This document shows positions 1 to 8,227 of a stretch of DNA of 64,000 nucleotides, in pieces (the stretch's first letter is position 1; every line of letters starts with the position of its first letter). The position numbers and the translations under genes were made by a program. The DNA lies in assembly GCA_944383685.1 (NCBI GenBank), contig CALWQM010000015.1, forward strand, positions 57,570 to 121,569, in the 5' to 3' direction. The notes beneath the pieces are model-generated. The model did not search any database. It had not been told where the DNA came from and saw only the letters and a list, made by a program, of their open reading frames with translations. Source of the DNA: an uncultured Clostridia bacterium (lineage in GTDB: Bacteria; Bacillota; Clostridia; Christensenellales; UBA1242).

Positions 1-68
1 GGTTGCACTTAAACCGCTTAAAATCAATGTTCACATTATGGATGTTGAGTGTGATAAAGAGGTGGCAG

Positions 69-449
69 ATGCGTAGAGAGGCAAGAGAAAGCGCCTTTAA
101 ACTTATTTTTGAAACTCTCTTTAAAGAAACAGAAGAAGAAACATTTATTGAAGTTACAAGTCCACTTAAAAAGGAAGAGGATAAGAAGTTTTGTGAAAAG
201 ATTTTTGAAGAATATAATCTTCACAAGAATGAACTTGATGAAAAAATTTCAAGTCATTTAAAAAATTTCACTCTTTCCCGTGTTTATAGAATTGACCTTG
301 CTCTTGTTTATATGGCACTTACTGAAATTTTCTACTTGGAGACCCCAAAAGCTGTGGCAATTAACGAAGCCTTGGAAATTTCCAAAAAATATTCCACACA
401 AGAGAGCAGTAAGTTCATCAATGGGCTTTTGTCCTCGATATTAAAGTAA
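69..449 (+). CDS. nusB: Transcription antitermination factor NusB
   Basis: In-frame ATG at 69 follows an AGAGGTGG SD. MRREARESAFKLIFE...INEALEISKKY...FINGLL fits the NusB pattern, and xseA/xseB follow. Confidence 0.85.
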   Translation: MRREARESAFKLIFETLFKETEEETFIEVTSPLKKEEDKKFCEKIFEEYNLHKNELDEKISSHLKNFTLSRVYRIDLALVYMALTEIFYLETPKAVAINEALEISKKYSTQESSKFINGLLSSILK

Positions 450-452
450 TTT

Positions 453-1643
453 ATGCAATCTATCAGTGTTACGCAATTTAATAATTTTGTTAAAGATATT
501 TTTAACAACGAAGAACTTCTCCATAGCGTTAATGTAGTTGGAGAAGTTTTTGGCGTGTCTAGGGCAAAAACAGCAATTTATTTTTCGGTTAAGGACGAAC
601 AAAGTTCTTTGCCATGCGTTTGTTTTAGCCCTCTTGTTTTTGGTGAAATTAAGGAAGGAGATTTGGTTACACTTTATGGCGGGCCGAATTTTTACACCAA
701 AAGTGGCAGGTTTAACTATGTTGCATATAAAATTGAACCCGCTGGACAAGGACTACTTTATCAACGCTTTATTGAACTTAAAAACAGACTTGAACAAGAA
801 GGGCTTTTCGACCCTAGTCACAAAAAACCAATGCCAAAAAGCATCAAGCGAATTGGTGTTGTAACTTCAAAAGAGGGCGCTGTTATTCAAGATATAAAAA
901 ACATCACTTGGCGAAGAAACCCTTCAATTGATATTGTGCTTTATCCAACAAAGGTGCAAGGAAATGATGCAGACAAAGAAATTTGCGAGGGAATAAACTT
1001 CTTTTCAAATTATGACAATGTTGATGTTGTGATTGTTGCTCGTGGTGGTGGCTCACTTGAAGATTTGTCCGCTTATAACACTGAAAGTGTCGCAAGGGCA
1101 ACATATAATTGCAATAAGCCGGTTGTGTCAGCTGTTGGGCATGAAACCGATTTCACAATAATTGATTTTGTAAGTGACCTAAGGGCTCCAACTCCAAGTG
1201 CGGCTGCTGAACTTCTTACACAAGACAGGCAAAAAGAGAAGGAAACATTAGATCTTTATGTCAAAAAAATTGAAAGAGATTTAATAAACTTCATAAGTGA
1301 TAAAACTGAACTTTTTCAAGATACTATTTCAAATATCACCACAAAATTTGAAGATTTTTTGGTTGATAAAAAATATGACTTAACTTCTAAGACTGAAAAA
1401 CTTTCAAATTATATTGAGCATTACCTGAAAGATGAAACACATAGTTTGGAATTGAAGATAAGTGTTCTAAGCAAACTTGACCCGAAGGCAATTTTAAGGC
1501 GTGGTTTTGCCAAAATTGAGCAGAACGGAAAGAATGTTGACAGTGTGAAAAAGGTTGACATGCAAAACACATTACAAATCAATTTTGCTGATGGCTATGT
1601 TGTTGCAATGCCAAAAGAAGAAAATTTTAAAGGAGATAAATAA
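453..1643 (+). CDS. xseA: Exodeoxyribonuclease VII large subunit
   Basis: 396-aa ORF with ARGGGSLEDL and VGHETDFTIIDFVSDLRAPTPSAAAE motifs typical of XseA. Confidence 0.9.
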   Translation: MQSISVTQFNNFVKDIFNNEELLHSVNVVGEVFGVSRAKTAIYFSVKDEQSSLPCVCFSPLVFGEIKEGDLVTLYGGPNFYTKSGRFNYVAYKIEPAGQGLLYQRFIELKNRLEQEGLFDPSHKKPMPKSIKRIGVVTSKEGAVIQDIKNITWRRNPSIDIVLYPTKVQGNDADKEICEGINFFSNYDNVDVVIVARGGGSLEDLSAYNTESVARATYNCNKPVVSAVGHETDFTIIDFVSDLRAPTPSAAAELLTQDRQKEKETLDLYVKKIERDLINFISDKTELFQDTISNITTKFEDFLVDKKYDLTSKTEKLSNYIEHYLKDETHSLELKISVLSKLDPKAILRRGFAKIEQNGKNVDSVKKVDMQNTLQINFADGYVVAMPKEENFKGDK

Positions 1644-1648
1644 TCATT

Positions 1649-1855
1649 ATGAATTATGAAGATGCAATAAAAGAATTGGAAGAAATAACCGCTAAACTTG
1701 ACAGCCAAATTTTGCCGTTAAGCGAAAGTGAAAAACTTTTTGACAGGGCGATAGAACTTGCAAGATTTTGCCAAAATGAATTGTCTAAAACCTCAAAGAA
1801 ACTTTTTGAAATTAAGAAGGAGTTTGATAAAATAACAGAGGAGGAAATTGAATGA
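1649..1855 (+). CDS. xseB: Exodeoxyribonuclease VII small subunit
   Basis: 68-aa ORF directly after xseA with a YEDAIKELEEI...LSESEKLFDRAIEL pattern. Its TGA stop overlaps the proS ATG (ATGA). Confidence 0.85.
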   Translation: MNYEDAIKELEEITAKLDSQILPLSESEKLFDRAIELARFCQNELSKTSKKLFEIKKEFDKITEEEIE

Positions 1856-3573
1856 AACTCAGTAAACTTGTTGGAGAAAGATTAAAAGAAGTTCCAAATG
1901 GTGCACTTCTTAAAAGTCACATATACTTAATTCGTGCGGGATACATAAAACAGGTCAGCACAGGTATTTTTTCCATGCTTCCACCTGCACAAAAGGTTAG
2001 TCAAAAAATTCAAGCCATAATTCGTGATGAAATGAATAAATTGGACGGGCAAGAAGTTTTGTTCCCTGTTGTTATGCCAAGGGAACTTTGGGAATTGTCT
2101 GGAAGATATAATTCCATTCAAGAGGAACTCTTGCGTTTTAAGGACAGGACTGGGCACGATATGCTTCTTGGAATGACACATGAAGAAGCAGCAGTTCACA
2201 TGGTTATGAACACGGTGAAAAGCCATGAACAACTGCCATGCATGATTTATCAAATCCAAACCAAATATCGTGACGAAGCAAGACCTCGTGGCGGGCTTAT
2301 AAGAGTGAAAGAGTTTCTTATGAAAGATGCTTACTCTTTCCATACCACGCAGGAAGATTTAGATTTTTATTACAAAAAGGTTTATGATGCTTACAACAGA
2401 ATTTATAAACGCATAGGGCTTAAAAACTTTATTTCAGTAAGAAGCGACAGCGGAATTATGGGCGGAAAAGTTGCTGATGAGTTTATGCTTGTTACAGATT
2501 CTGGCGAAGACAGACTTGTGCTTTGCGATAAGTGTGGTTATAAGGCAAACATGGAAGTTGCAGAAGGTGTTAAAGATGAAAACGACCCAGCAGAAGTTCC
2601 AGAAATTGAAGAAGTTTTCACAGGCAATGCAAAAACTATTGAAGAAGTTTGCCATTTCCTTGAAATTGACACTAAAAAGACCGCAAAGGCTGTTTGCTAT
2701 GTAACAGAAGACGATAAACTTGTTGTGGCTTTCCTTAGAGGCGATTATGATGTCAACGAAAAGAAACTTGCCAAACTTGTTAAAAGCGAAATCAAGGTTG
2801 CAGACACTGATAAATTTGGCTTAACTTCTGGAAATATTGGATGTATTAATCTTGAAGTTCCAGGAGATGCCGTTGTTTTGTATGACACTTCTCTTGAAGG
2901 GCTTGAAGGCTTTGTGACAGGGGCAAATAAAGAAGATTACCACTTGAAAAATGTCAGTGCTTCACGAGATTTGGAAGGTGTTACTTTCAATGATTTTGCT
3001 CTTGTTAAAGAAGGTGACAGATGCCCAGTTTGTGGTGAAAAACTCCGCCTTACAAGAGGTATTGAAATTGGAAACATTTTCCAACTTGGAACAAAATACA
3101 CAAAGTCAATGGGAATGAAAGTTGGAATGCCAGACGGAACAATGATTGAACCAATCATGGGGTGTTATGGAATTGGAATTGGCAGAGCTCTTGCAAGTGT
3201 GATTGAAGAAAAAGGTGATGACCGTGGCATTGTTTGGCCAATGACAATTGCACCATGGCAAGTTCATTTTTGTCCTCTTAGACTTGATGATGAAAATGTG
3301 AATGCGGTAAGTTATGAACTTTACAAGAAAATGGAAGAAGCAGGAATTGAAGTTTTGTTTGACGATAGAAAGGTTTCTGCTGGTGTTAAACTTACTGACA
3401 GTGAACTTATGGGAATGCCAATAAGGGTGGTTATCAGCCCAAAAACAATGGCAAATGGAGTTGCAGAAGTTACGATGAGAGAATCTCACGAAACAAACTT
3501 TATTCCACTTCATGACCTTTTGAGTGAGCTTAAAGCAATTATTCAAGATGAAATTGACGAGATTGAAAAATAA
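1852..3573 (+). CDS. proS: Prolyl-tRNA synthetase (bacterial type with insertion domain)
   Basis: 573-aa ORF with class II aaRS motifs (FRDE-like YRDEARPRGGLIRVKEF, GCYGIGIGR). A GGAGG SD lies inside the xseB 3' end. Confidence 0.95.
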   Translation: MKLSKLVGERLKEVPNGALLKSHIYLIRAGYIKQVSTGIFSMLPPAQKVSQKIQAIIRDEMNKLDGQEVLFPVVMPRELWELSGRYNSIQEELLRFKDRTGHDMLLGMTHEEAAVHMVMNTVKSHEQLPCMIYQIQTKYRDEARPRGGLIRVKEFLMKDAYSFHTTQEDLDFYYKKVYDAYNRIYKRIGLKNFISVRSDSGIMGGKVADEFMLVTDSGEDRLVLCDKCGYKANMEVAEGVKDENDPAEVPEIEEVFTGNAKTIEEVCHFLEIDTKKTAKAVCYVTEDDKLVVAFLRGDYDVNEKKLAKLVKSEIKVADTDKFGLTSGNIGCINLEVPGDAVVLYDTSLEGLEGFVTGANKEDYHLKNVSASRDLEGVTFNDFALVKEGDRCPVCGEKLRLTRGIEIGNIFQLGTKYTKSMGMKVGMPDGTMIEPIMGCYGIGIGRALASVIEEKGDDRGIVWPMTIAPWQVHFCPLRLDDENVNAVSYELYKKMEEAGIEVLFDDRKVSAGVKLTDSELMGMPIRVVISPKTMANGVAEVTMRESHETNFIPLHDLLSELKAIIQDEIDEIEK

Positions 3574-3582
3574 AGGATATAT

Positions 3583-4305
3583 ATGGATTTTTATAATGAA
3601 TTATTGAAACGTGGGTATGAAAAAATTTTGCATAAAGGAATGGAAGTTTCTCCTGGAAACATAAGCCAAGCGGTTTTTGATGGTAGAGTTTTGCCATCAG
3701 CATTAAATAAGATAATCATAAAAGAAGATTTAATTGAAACAATAGCATTTATTAAAGAAACAATTGATTTACAACGCGATAGAAAAACTTTAATTGAACT
3801 GCCTTTTGTTATGTTGGGTTATGAAAATGAAAAAGGTGAAGTTATAATTGAAAAAATTGAAATTGATTATGATAAATTTGAAAATTCTATTATGTCAAAT
3901 AATGAACAAGTAGCGAATTTCGAAGGTTATTTAACTGAGAAAATTAATGAATATGCAAAAAGTTCCACTTATAAAAAGCCAGTTATCATACATGGCCATA
4001 CTCATCCAAATGCAGAAAAAAGAAATGTACCAACAGAGTGGACAAATGCTTTCAGTTTTGCTGACATGCAGGGCTATAAAGATTTATCTAATTCAATTGC
4101 AAATTTTAATAAATTGACACATAAAGATATTCAAGTTGCTGGAATGGTGGTAAATAGTGCGGGTGATTTCAATGCAGTTTTTTGTGACGTAGCACATAAT
4201 AATATGTTTTATAAAATTGACAGTATTGAATTGGAAAATTATGGAAAACTGCCAAGTTATAAAGGAAGTACAATGTTTCCAGAATACACTGAAAGAAACT
4301 TATAA
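3583..4305 (+). CDS. Hypothetical protein with JAB/MPN (JAMM)-like metalloprotease motifs
   Basis: 240-aa ORF. It has an upstream Glu (LIELPFVMLGYE), IIHGHTHP (H-x-H, nt 3991..4008) and SFAD (S-x-x-D, to nt 4065). This matches the E...HxH...SxxD JAMM arrangement, though the H-to-S spacing is longer than canonical. Confidence 0.5.
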   Translation: MDFYNELLKRGYEKILHKGMEVSPGNISQAVFDGRVLPSALNKIIIKEDLIETIAFIKETIDLQRDRKTLIELPFVMLGYENEKGEVIIEKIEIDYDKFENSIMSNNEQVANFEGYLTEKINEYAKSSTYKKPVIIHGHTHPNAEKRNVPTEWTNAFSFADMQGYKDLSNSIANFNKLTHKDIQVAGMVVNSAGDFNAVFCDVAHNNMFYKIDSIELENYGKLPSYKGSTMFPEYTERNL

Positions 4306-4316
4306 AATATAAATTT

Positions 4317-4334
4317 AATATTTTTAGCAAAATA
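4317..4334. repeat. TATTTT-TAGC-AAAATA palindromic motif, copy 1
   Basis: AATATTTTTAGCAAAATA is identical over 18 nt to 7963..7980. It lies 12 nt after the JAB gene stop and 50 nt before the next ATG. Confidence 0.45.
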
Positions 4335-4383
4335 CTTTTTATTTTAATGTCCTATTTTAGGCTGATTATGAATAAAATAAAAT

Positions 4384-4962
4384 ATGAGTAAAGGTTCAAC
4401 AAGGTGGGCATTTAAAGTTTTCATTTTGTCAATATCACTTTCCATTGTTTTTTCGCTGTTGTCACAAAGTTTACTTCCTTCACTTTCGCCATTTCTTTCA
4501 GTGTTTATCATTGTGTTTTTTATCTTTGTCAGTGTTGTTTTTGATATGATAGCAGTGGCATTCACAACCATTGACAAAGCAAAACTTGAAAAATATAAAG
4601 ATGAAAAAGGCTTTGAAATGGCAAGTTGTCTTTGCGAGCATGCTGACAAAGTGTCCTCTTTTGGTGGGGATGTTGTTGGTGATATTTGTGGCATTTTAAG
4701 TGGTGCAGGCGGGGTGAGTTTGGTGGTCAACATGAATATTCAAGAAGATAATTTAAATCTTCTTGTAACTTGCATTGTAAGTGCTTTAATTGCAGGAATA
4801 ACAATTTTTTGCAAGGCAATAATGAAAACTTATGCAATAAAAAATTGCCATCAAATTGCCCTTATGACTGGTGCATATTTGGAAACAAGTTTATTGAATA
4901 AACTTAGGCAAAGGCGTGCGGAAAAGAAAAAGAAGAAAAAGGATAATAAAGAAAGCAAATAA
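4384..4962 (+). CDS. Hypothetical polytopic membrane protein with Lys-rich C-terminal tail
   Basis: 192-aa ORF with several hydrophobic segments and a KKKKKKDNKESK tail. There is faint resemblance to DUF21/CNNM-type TM domains. No SD is present; a weak TAAAAT sits 5 nt before the ATG. Confidence 0.45.
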   Translation: MSKGSTRWAFKVFILSISLSIVFSLLSQSLLPSLSPFLSVFIIVFFIFVSVVFDMIAVAFTTIDKAKLEKYKDEKGFEMASCLCEHADKVSSFGGDVVGDICGILSGAGGVSLVVNMNIQEDNLNLLVTCIVSALIAGITIFCKAIMKTYAIKNCHQIALMTGAYLETSLLNKLRQRRAEKKKKKKDNKESK

Positions 4963-5084
4963 TTTTTGTTGAAATTTTTTATATCGGCTTAACATAAATT
5001 TAAAAATTCTATGGCATATTAATCATGTTAAAAAAGCAGCGATTAAAAAGAAAACTAAAAATTTGAAAATTTTGTTAAAAATCG

Positions 5085-5114
5085 TTGACAAATAAAATTA
5101 TGCTGTGCTATAAT
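5085..5114 (+). promoter_or_regulatory. Sigma-A type promoter of the infC-rpmI-rplT operon
   Basis: TTGACA (5085..5090), 18-nt spacer, TGcTATAAT extended -10 (5106..5114). Confidence 0.6.
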
Positions 5115-5119
5115 AACGG

Positions 5120-5242
5120 CGTATGAAAGCAGAAGTTCCCTTCTCACCAGTCGAATTTTGTTTTGACTTGGTCCAAAATTTAATAAAAATTTGTTTTATT
5201 ATTTTTTTGGTGGGGCAGTATGCTTCTACCAAAATTTTTTTT
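5120..5242 (+). promoter_or_regulatory. infC leader, putative L20-responsive attenuator
   Basis: About 120-nt leader between the promoter and the infC SD. It has an imperfect hairpin near 5145..5178 and ends in a terminator hairpin. Position matches the Firmicute L20 leader; structure was not verified. Confidence 0.4.
5205..5242 (+). terminator. Intrinsic terminator/attenuator just upstream of the infC SD
   Basis: UUUUGGUGGGG (5205..5215) pairs with CUUCUACCAAAA (5223..5234, with G-U pairs), followed by T8 (5235..5242). Confidence 0.55.
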
Positions 5243-5258
5243 AAAGGAGATTACGACA

Positions 5259-5774
5259 ATTTTTAAGGAACAATTAATCAATGAACAAATCACCGCAAAA
5301 GAAGTTCGCTTGATTGGGGCGGATGGTGAGCAACTTGGCATTATGCCAGTTGAAAAAGCAAGAGAAATTGCAGAAAGTGAAGGTCTTGACCTTGTTTTGA
5401 TGTCAGGAAACACAAATCCTGCCGTATGTAAAATTATGGACTATGGCAAGTTTAAGTTCGACAGCATTAAAAAGGAAAAGGAATTAAGAAAAAATCAAAA
5501 AATAATTGAATTGAAAGAAATTCAGTTATCTATGAGAATTGACCAATATCACATTAATTTCAAACTTAAAAATGCTCAAAAGATTTTGCAAGAAGGTGAT
5601 AAGGTTAAGGTTTCTCTTAGAATGAAAGGCAGAGAACAAGCATATTCAAAGAATGCTATTGAAGTTGTCAATAATTTTGTTGAGCAACTTGCTGACTATG
5701 GTTCAGTTGACAAGAAACCAGAAATTATGGGACGCAATGTCGTTGTTGTAATCAACCCAAAAAAGACTAAATAA
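5259..5774 (+). CDS. infC: Translation initiation factor IF-3 (ATT start)
   Basis: AAAGGAG SD (5243..5249), 9 nt, then in-frame ATT at 5259. The product begins (M)FKEQLINEQITAKEVRLIGADGEQLG, as in other IF-3 N-termini. The track ATG at 5220 lies inside the terminator hairpin. Confidence 0.85.
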   Translation: MFKEQLINEQITAKEVRLIGADGEQLGIMPVEKAREIAESEGLDLVLMSGNTNPAVCKIMDYGKFKFDSIKKEKELRKNQKIIELKEIQLSMRIDQYHINFKLKNAQKILQEGDKVKVSLRMKGREQAYSKNAIEVVNNFVEQLADYGSVDKKPEIMGRNVVVVINPKKTK

Positions 5775-5787
5775 AAGGAGAGAGGTT

Positions 5788-5982
5788 ATGCCTAAGCAAA
5801 AAACACACAGTGGCGTTAAAAAACGTTTTTCACTTACAGCAACAGGAAAAGTTAAGTTTGCTAGACCAAACAAAGGTCACTTTTTAACAAACAAATCTAA
5901 AAGTCGTAAAAGAAAACTTAGAAAGGGTTCTTATATTGCAGGTAAAAATGCACGCAATATCAAGACACTTCTTTGCAAGTAA
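5788..5982 (+). CDS. rpmI: 50S ribosomal protein L35
   Basis: 64-aa MPKQKTHSGVKKRF... sequence with a GGAGAGAGG SD. Confidence 0.95.
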   Translation: MPKQKTHSGVKKRFSLTATGKVKFARPNKGHFLTNKSKSRKRKLRKGSYIAGKNARNIKTLLCK

Positions 5983-5995
5983 TTAGGAGGAAAGC

Positions 5996-6343
5996 ATGAG
6001 AATTAAAAGAGGTGTAAACGCAGTTAAAAAGCGTAGAAAAATCTTAAAGGCTGCAAAAGGATACTTTGGTGCAAAAAGTAAACTTTATAGAACTGCAAGA
6101 GAACAAGTTATGAAGTCTGGTCAATATGCTTATATTGGCAGAAAACAAAAGAAAAGAGATTTCCGTGCTCTTTGGATTACAAGAATCAATGCAGCTTGCA
6201 GACAAAACGATATTTCATATTCAAGATTTATTGCTGGTCTTAAAAAAGCAAATGTTTCTTTAAACAGAAAAGTTCTTGCAGATATTGCAGTAAGAGAACC
6301 TGAAACTTTCGCTGAACTTGTTGCAACAGCAAAGAAGGCTTAA
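5996..6343 (+). CDS. rplT: 50S ribosomal protein L20
   Basis: 115-aa [25 protein letters not shown]... sequence with an AGGAGG SD. Confidence 0.95.
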   Translation: MRIKRGVNAVKKRRKILKAAKGYFGAKSKLYRTAREQVMKSGQYAYIGRKQKKRDFRALWITRINAACRQNDISYSRFIAGLKKANVSLNRKVLADIAVREPETFAELVATAKKA

Positions 6344-7065
6344 TGGAAAGGGCGAGCAAAAGTTTAATATCTAACCTTAAAAAGCAAAAACGAGATAAGT
6401 CTTTGCTTTTTTTGGATAATGTCAAAATAATTAAAGACGCAATCAAAAATTCATCAATCAAGGTTGAATGTGTTTTAACAAGCCTTGATGAACTTCCTTT
6501 TGTCACTGATGCAAAAACATATCGTGTTGATGAGAAAACCATTGAAATGCTTGCAGACACCAAAACACCACAGAAGGTATTATGCATTGCATACTATAAT
6601 CAACATGTTGTGGTTGTGCCAAAATCTAATTTTTTGGTTTTAGATTCCCTTCAAGACCCAGGAAATGTTGGCACACTGATAAGAACAGCAAAAGCATGCG
6701 GAATGGAAAGTGTGTTTTTGGTGGATAGTGTAAGTTTAACAAATTCAAAACTTATTCGCAGTTCTGTTGGTGCAGTTTTTAATGAAAATGTTTATTCTGT
6801 ATCTAAAAGTGAATTTATCCAAATGGTTAAAGAAAACAAATTACAACTTGTTAAGTGTGATATGAATGGAGAAAACATTTTTAAATATAAACCTAATGGG
6901 GTTGTGGGAGTTGTGATTGGAAACGAAGGGCAAGGTGTGAGTGATGAAATTGCTTCACTATGCCAAACATCCATTTCAATACCAATGAAAGAAGGCATTG
7001 AAAGTTTAAATGCTGGTGTAAGTGGTTCAATAATCATGTATCAAATTTCAAAGGATAATTTTTGA
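6343..7065 (+). CDS. TrmH/SpoU-family RNA 2'-O-methyltransferase (RlmB/YsgA-like)
   Basis: LQDPGNVGTLIRTA, GNEGQGVS and IPM..GIESLNAGVSGSI motifs. TAATG overlap with rplT; same position as ysgA in Bacillus. Confidence 0.8.
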   Translation: MERASKSLISNLKKQKRDKSLLFLDNVKIIKDAIKNSSIKVECVLTSLDELPFVTDAKTYRVDEKTIEMLADTKTPQKVLCIAYYNQHVVVVPKSNFLVLDSLQDPGNVGTLIRTAKACGMESVFLVDSVSLTNSKLIRSSVGAVFNENVYSVSKSEFIQMVKENKLQLVKCDMNGENIFKYKPNGVVGVVIGNEGQGVSDEIASLCQTSISIPMKEGIESLNAGVSGSIIMYQISKDNF

Positions 7066-7235
7066 TTTTAGTTTTAATATATTTTAACTTTTAAAACTTT
7101 AAAAAAGCAAACAAAATAGTTTTTATTCTATTTATTTTGAAATCTTAACAAATTGTTATATAATACTTATTAAGAAGTTTATATAATTTTTGTATTTACA
7201 TTAATTAAAAAATTTAGAAATTAGGGAGGTAATGT

Positions 7236-7964
7236 ATGTCAGGACATTCAAAGTGGCACAATATTCAGGCAAGAAAAGGTAAATCAGACGCAGCAAGAGG
7301 TAAAATTTTCACAAAAATAGGTCGTGAAATTGCTGTTGCTGTTAAGGCAGGTGGTGCTGACCCTAATTCAAACAGCAAACTTCGTGATATTATTTCAAAG
7401 GCAAAGCAAAACAATATGCCAAATGACAATATTGAACGTTCAATCAAAAAAGCTTCTGGCGAACTTAGTGGAGTTAATTACGAAGCAATCACATATGAAG
7501 GATATGGTGTTGGTGGTTCAGCTGTTATTGTTGAATGTTTAACCGACAACAAAAACAGAACAGCAGGGGATGTTCGTCATGCTTTTGATAAGCACGGTGG
7601 CAGTTTGGGTTCAACAAATTGCGTGTCATACCTTTTCAAAAGAAAGGGTGTTGTGATTGTGGCAGATGTTAAGGATGTTGACACTTTAATGATGGATGCA
7701 CTTGATTTGGGTGCCGTTGATGTTTTTGAAGATGAAGACACTGTTCAAGTTATTACTGAGCCAAATGAACACACAAAAATGCAAGATGAGTTAACAAACA
7801 AGGGGTATAATGTTGTTTCTGCTGACACTGAACTTGTTCCAGACACTTATGTTGATTTAACAGAAGAACAAGTTGGTAAGTTCAACAGAATGGTTGATGC
7901 ACTTGAAGATTTGGACGATGTTCAAGAAGTTTACCACAATGTAAATCTTCCAGATGACGAATAA
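7236..7964 (+). CDS. yebC: YebC/PmpR-family transcriptional regulator
   Basis: 242-aa [15 protein letters not shown]... sequence with a GGGAGG SD. Confidence 0.9.
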   Translation: MSGHSKWHNIQARKGKSDAARGKIFTKIGREIAVAVKAGGADPNSNSKLRDIISKAKQNNMPNDNIERSIKKASGELSGVNYEAITYEGYGVGGSAVIVECLTDNKNRTAGDVRHAFDKHGGSLGSTNCVSYLFKRKGVVIVADVKDVDTLMMDALDLGAVDVFEDEDTVQVITEPNEHTKMQDELTNKGYNVVSADTELVPDTYVDLTEEQVGKFNRMVDALEDLDDVQEVYHNVNLPDDE

Positions 7965-7980
7965 TATTTTTAGCAAAATA
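7963..7980. repeat. TATTTT-TAGC-AAAATA palindromic motif, copy 2
   Basis: AATATTTTTAGCAAAATA overlaps the yebC stop codon. Confidence 0.45.
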
Positions 7981-7981
7981 A

Positions 7982-8013
7982 ATTGGTTTACAAATATGTA
8001 AATCAATTTTTTT
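7982..8013 (+). terminator. Intrinsic terminator after yebC
   Basis: ATTGGTTTACA / TGTAAATCAAT stem (one G-U pair), 4-nt loop, T7 run. Confidence 0.6.
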
Positions 8014-8141
8014 AATTTCTTGAAAGTAAGTTTTTTTCTTAAAAAACAAAATAAAATTACAAAAATTACGACTATGAATATATACTTTTTTTATAATTTC
8101 GATATAAAATATTAAATATATAAAAAAAATCCACAAAAAAG

Positions 8142-8169
8142 TTGACTCGGTGGGGGTATTTGCTAAAAT
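8142..8169 (+). promoter_or_regulatory. Promoter of the GLUG-repeat surface protein gene
   Basis: TTGACT (8142..8147), 16-nt spacer containing G5, TGcTAAAAT (8161..8169). An SD-bearing 58-nt leader (GAGGTGG) follows. Confidence 0.55.
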
Positions 8170-8182
8170 ATTTTTAGAAATT
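8157..8182. repeat. TATTTT-TAGC-AAAATA palindromic motif, copy 3 (composite)
   Basis: TATTTGCTAAAATATT is the reverse orientation with arms one nt shorter. It overlaps the -10 of the surface protein promoter and is followed by AATATTTTTAGAAA. Confidence 0.4.
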
Positions 8183-8227
8183 AATATATTTTTTGCCTTG
8201 GATTTATAATATTTAAGAGGTGGGACT

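Noticed and set aside
5220-5258. ATG at 5220 as the infC start, as in the ORF track.
   Set aside because: It lies in the loop of the leader terminator hairpin and has no SD. The extra 13 residues are not IF-3-like. ATT at 5259 has a well-spaced AAAGGAG.
7963-8182. Invertible (phase-variable) promoter upstream of the surface protein gene, bounded by inverted repeats at 7963..7980 and 8157..8172.
   Set aside because: The repeats are copies of a motif that is itself palindromic and also occurs at 4317 and 29712, so the inverted orientation carries no information. The segment between them holds no second outward promoter that I can see, and no invertase gene is adjacent.
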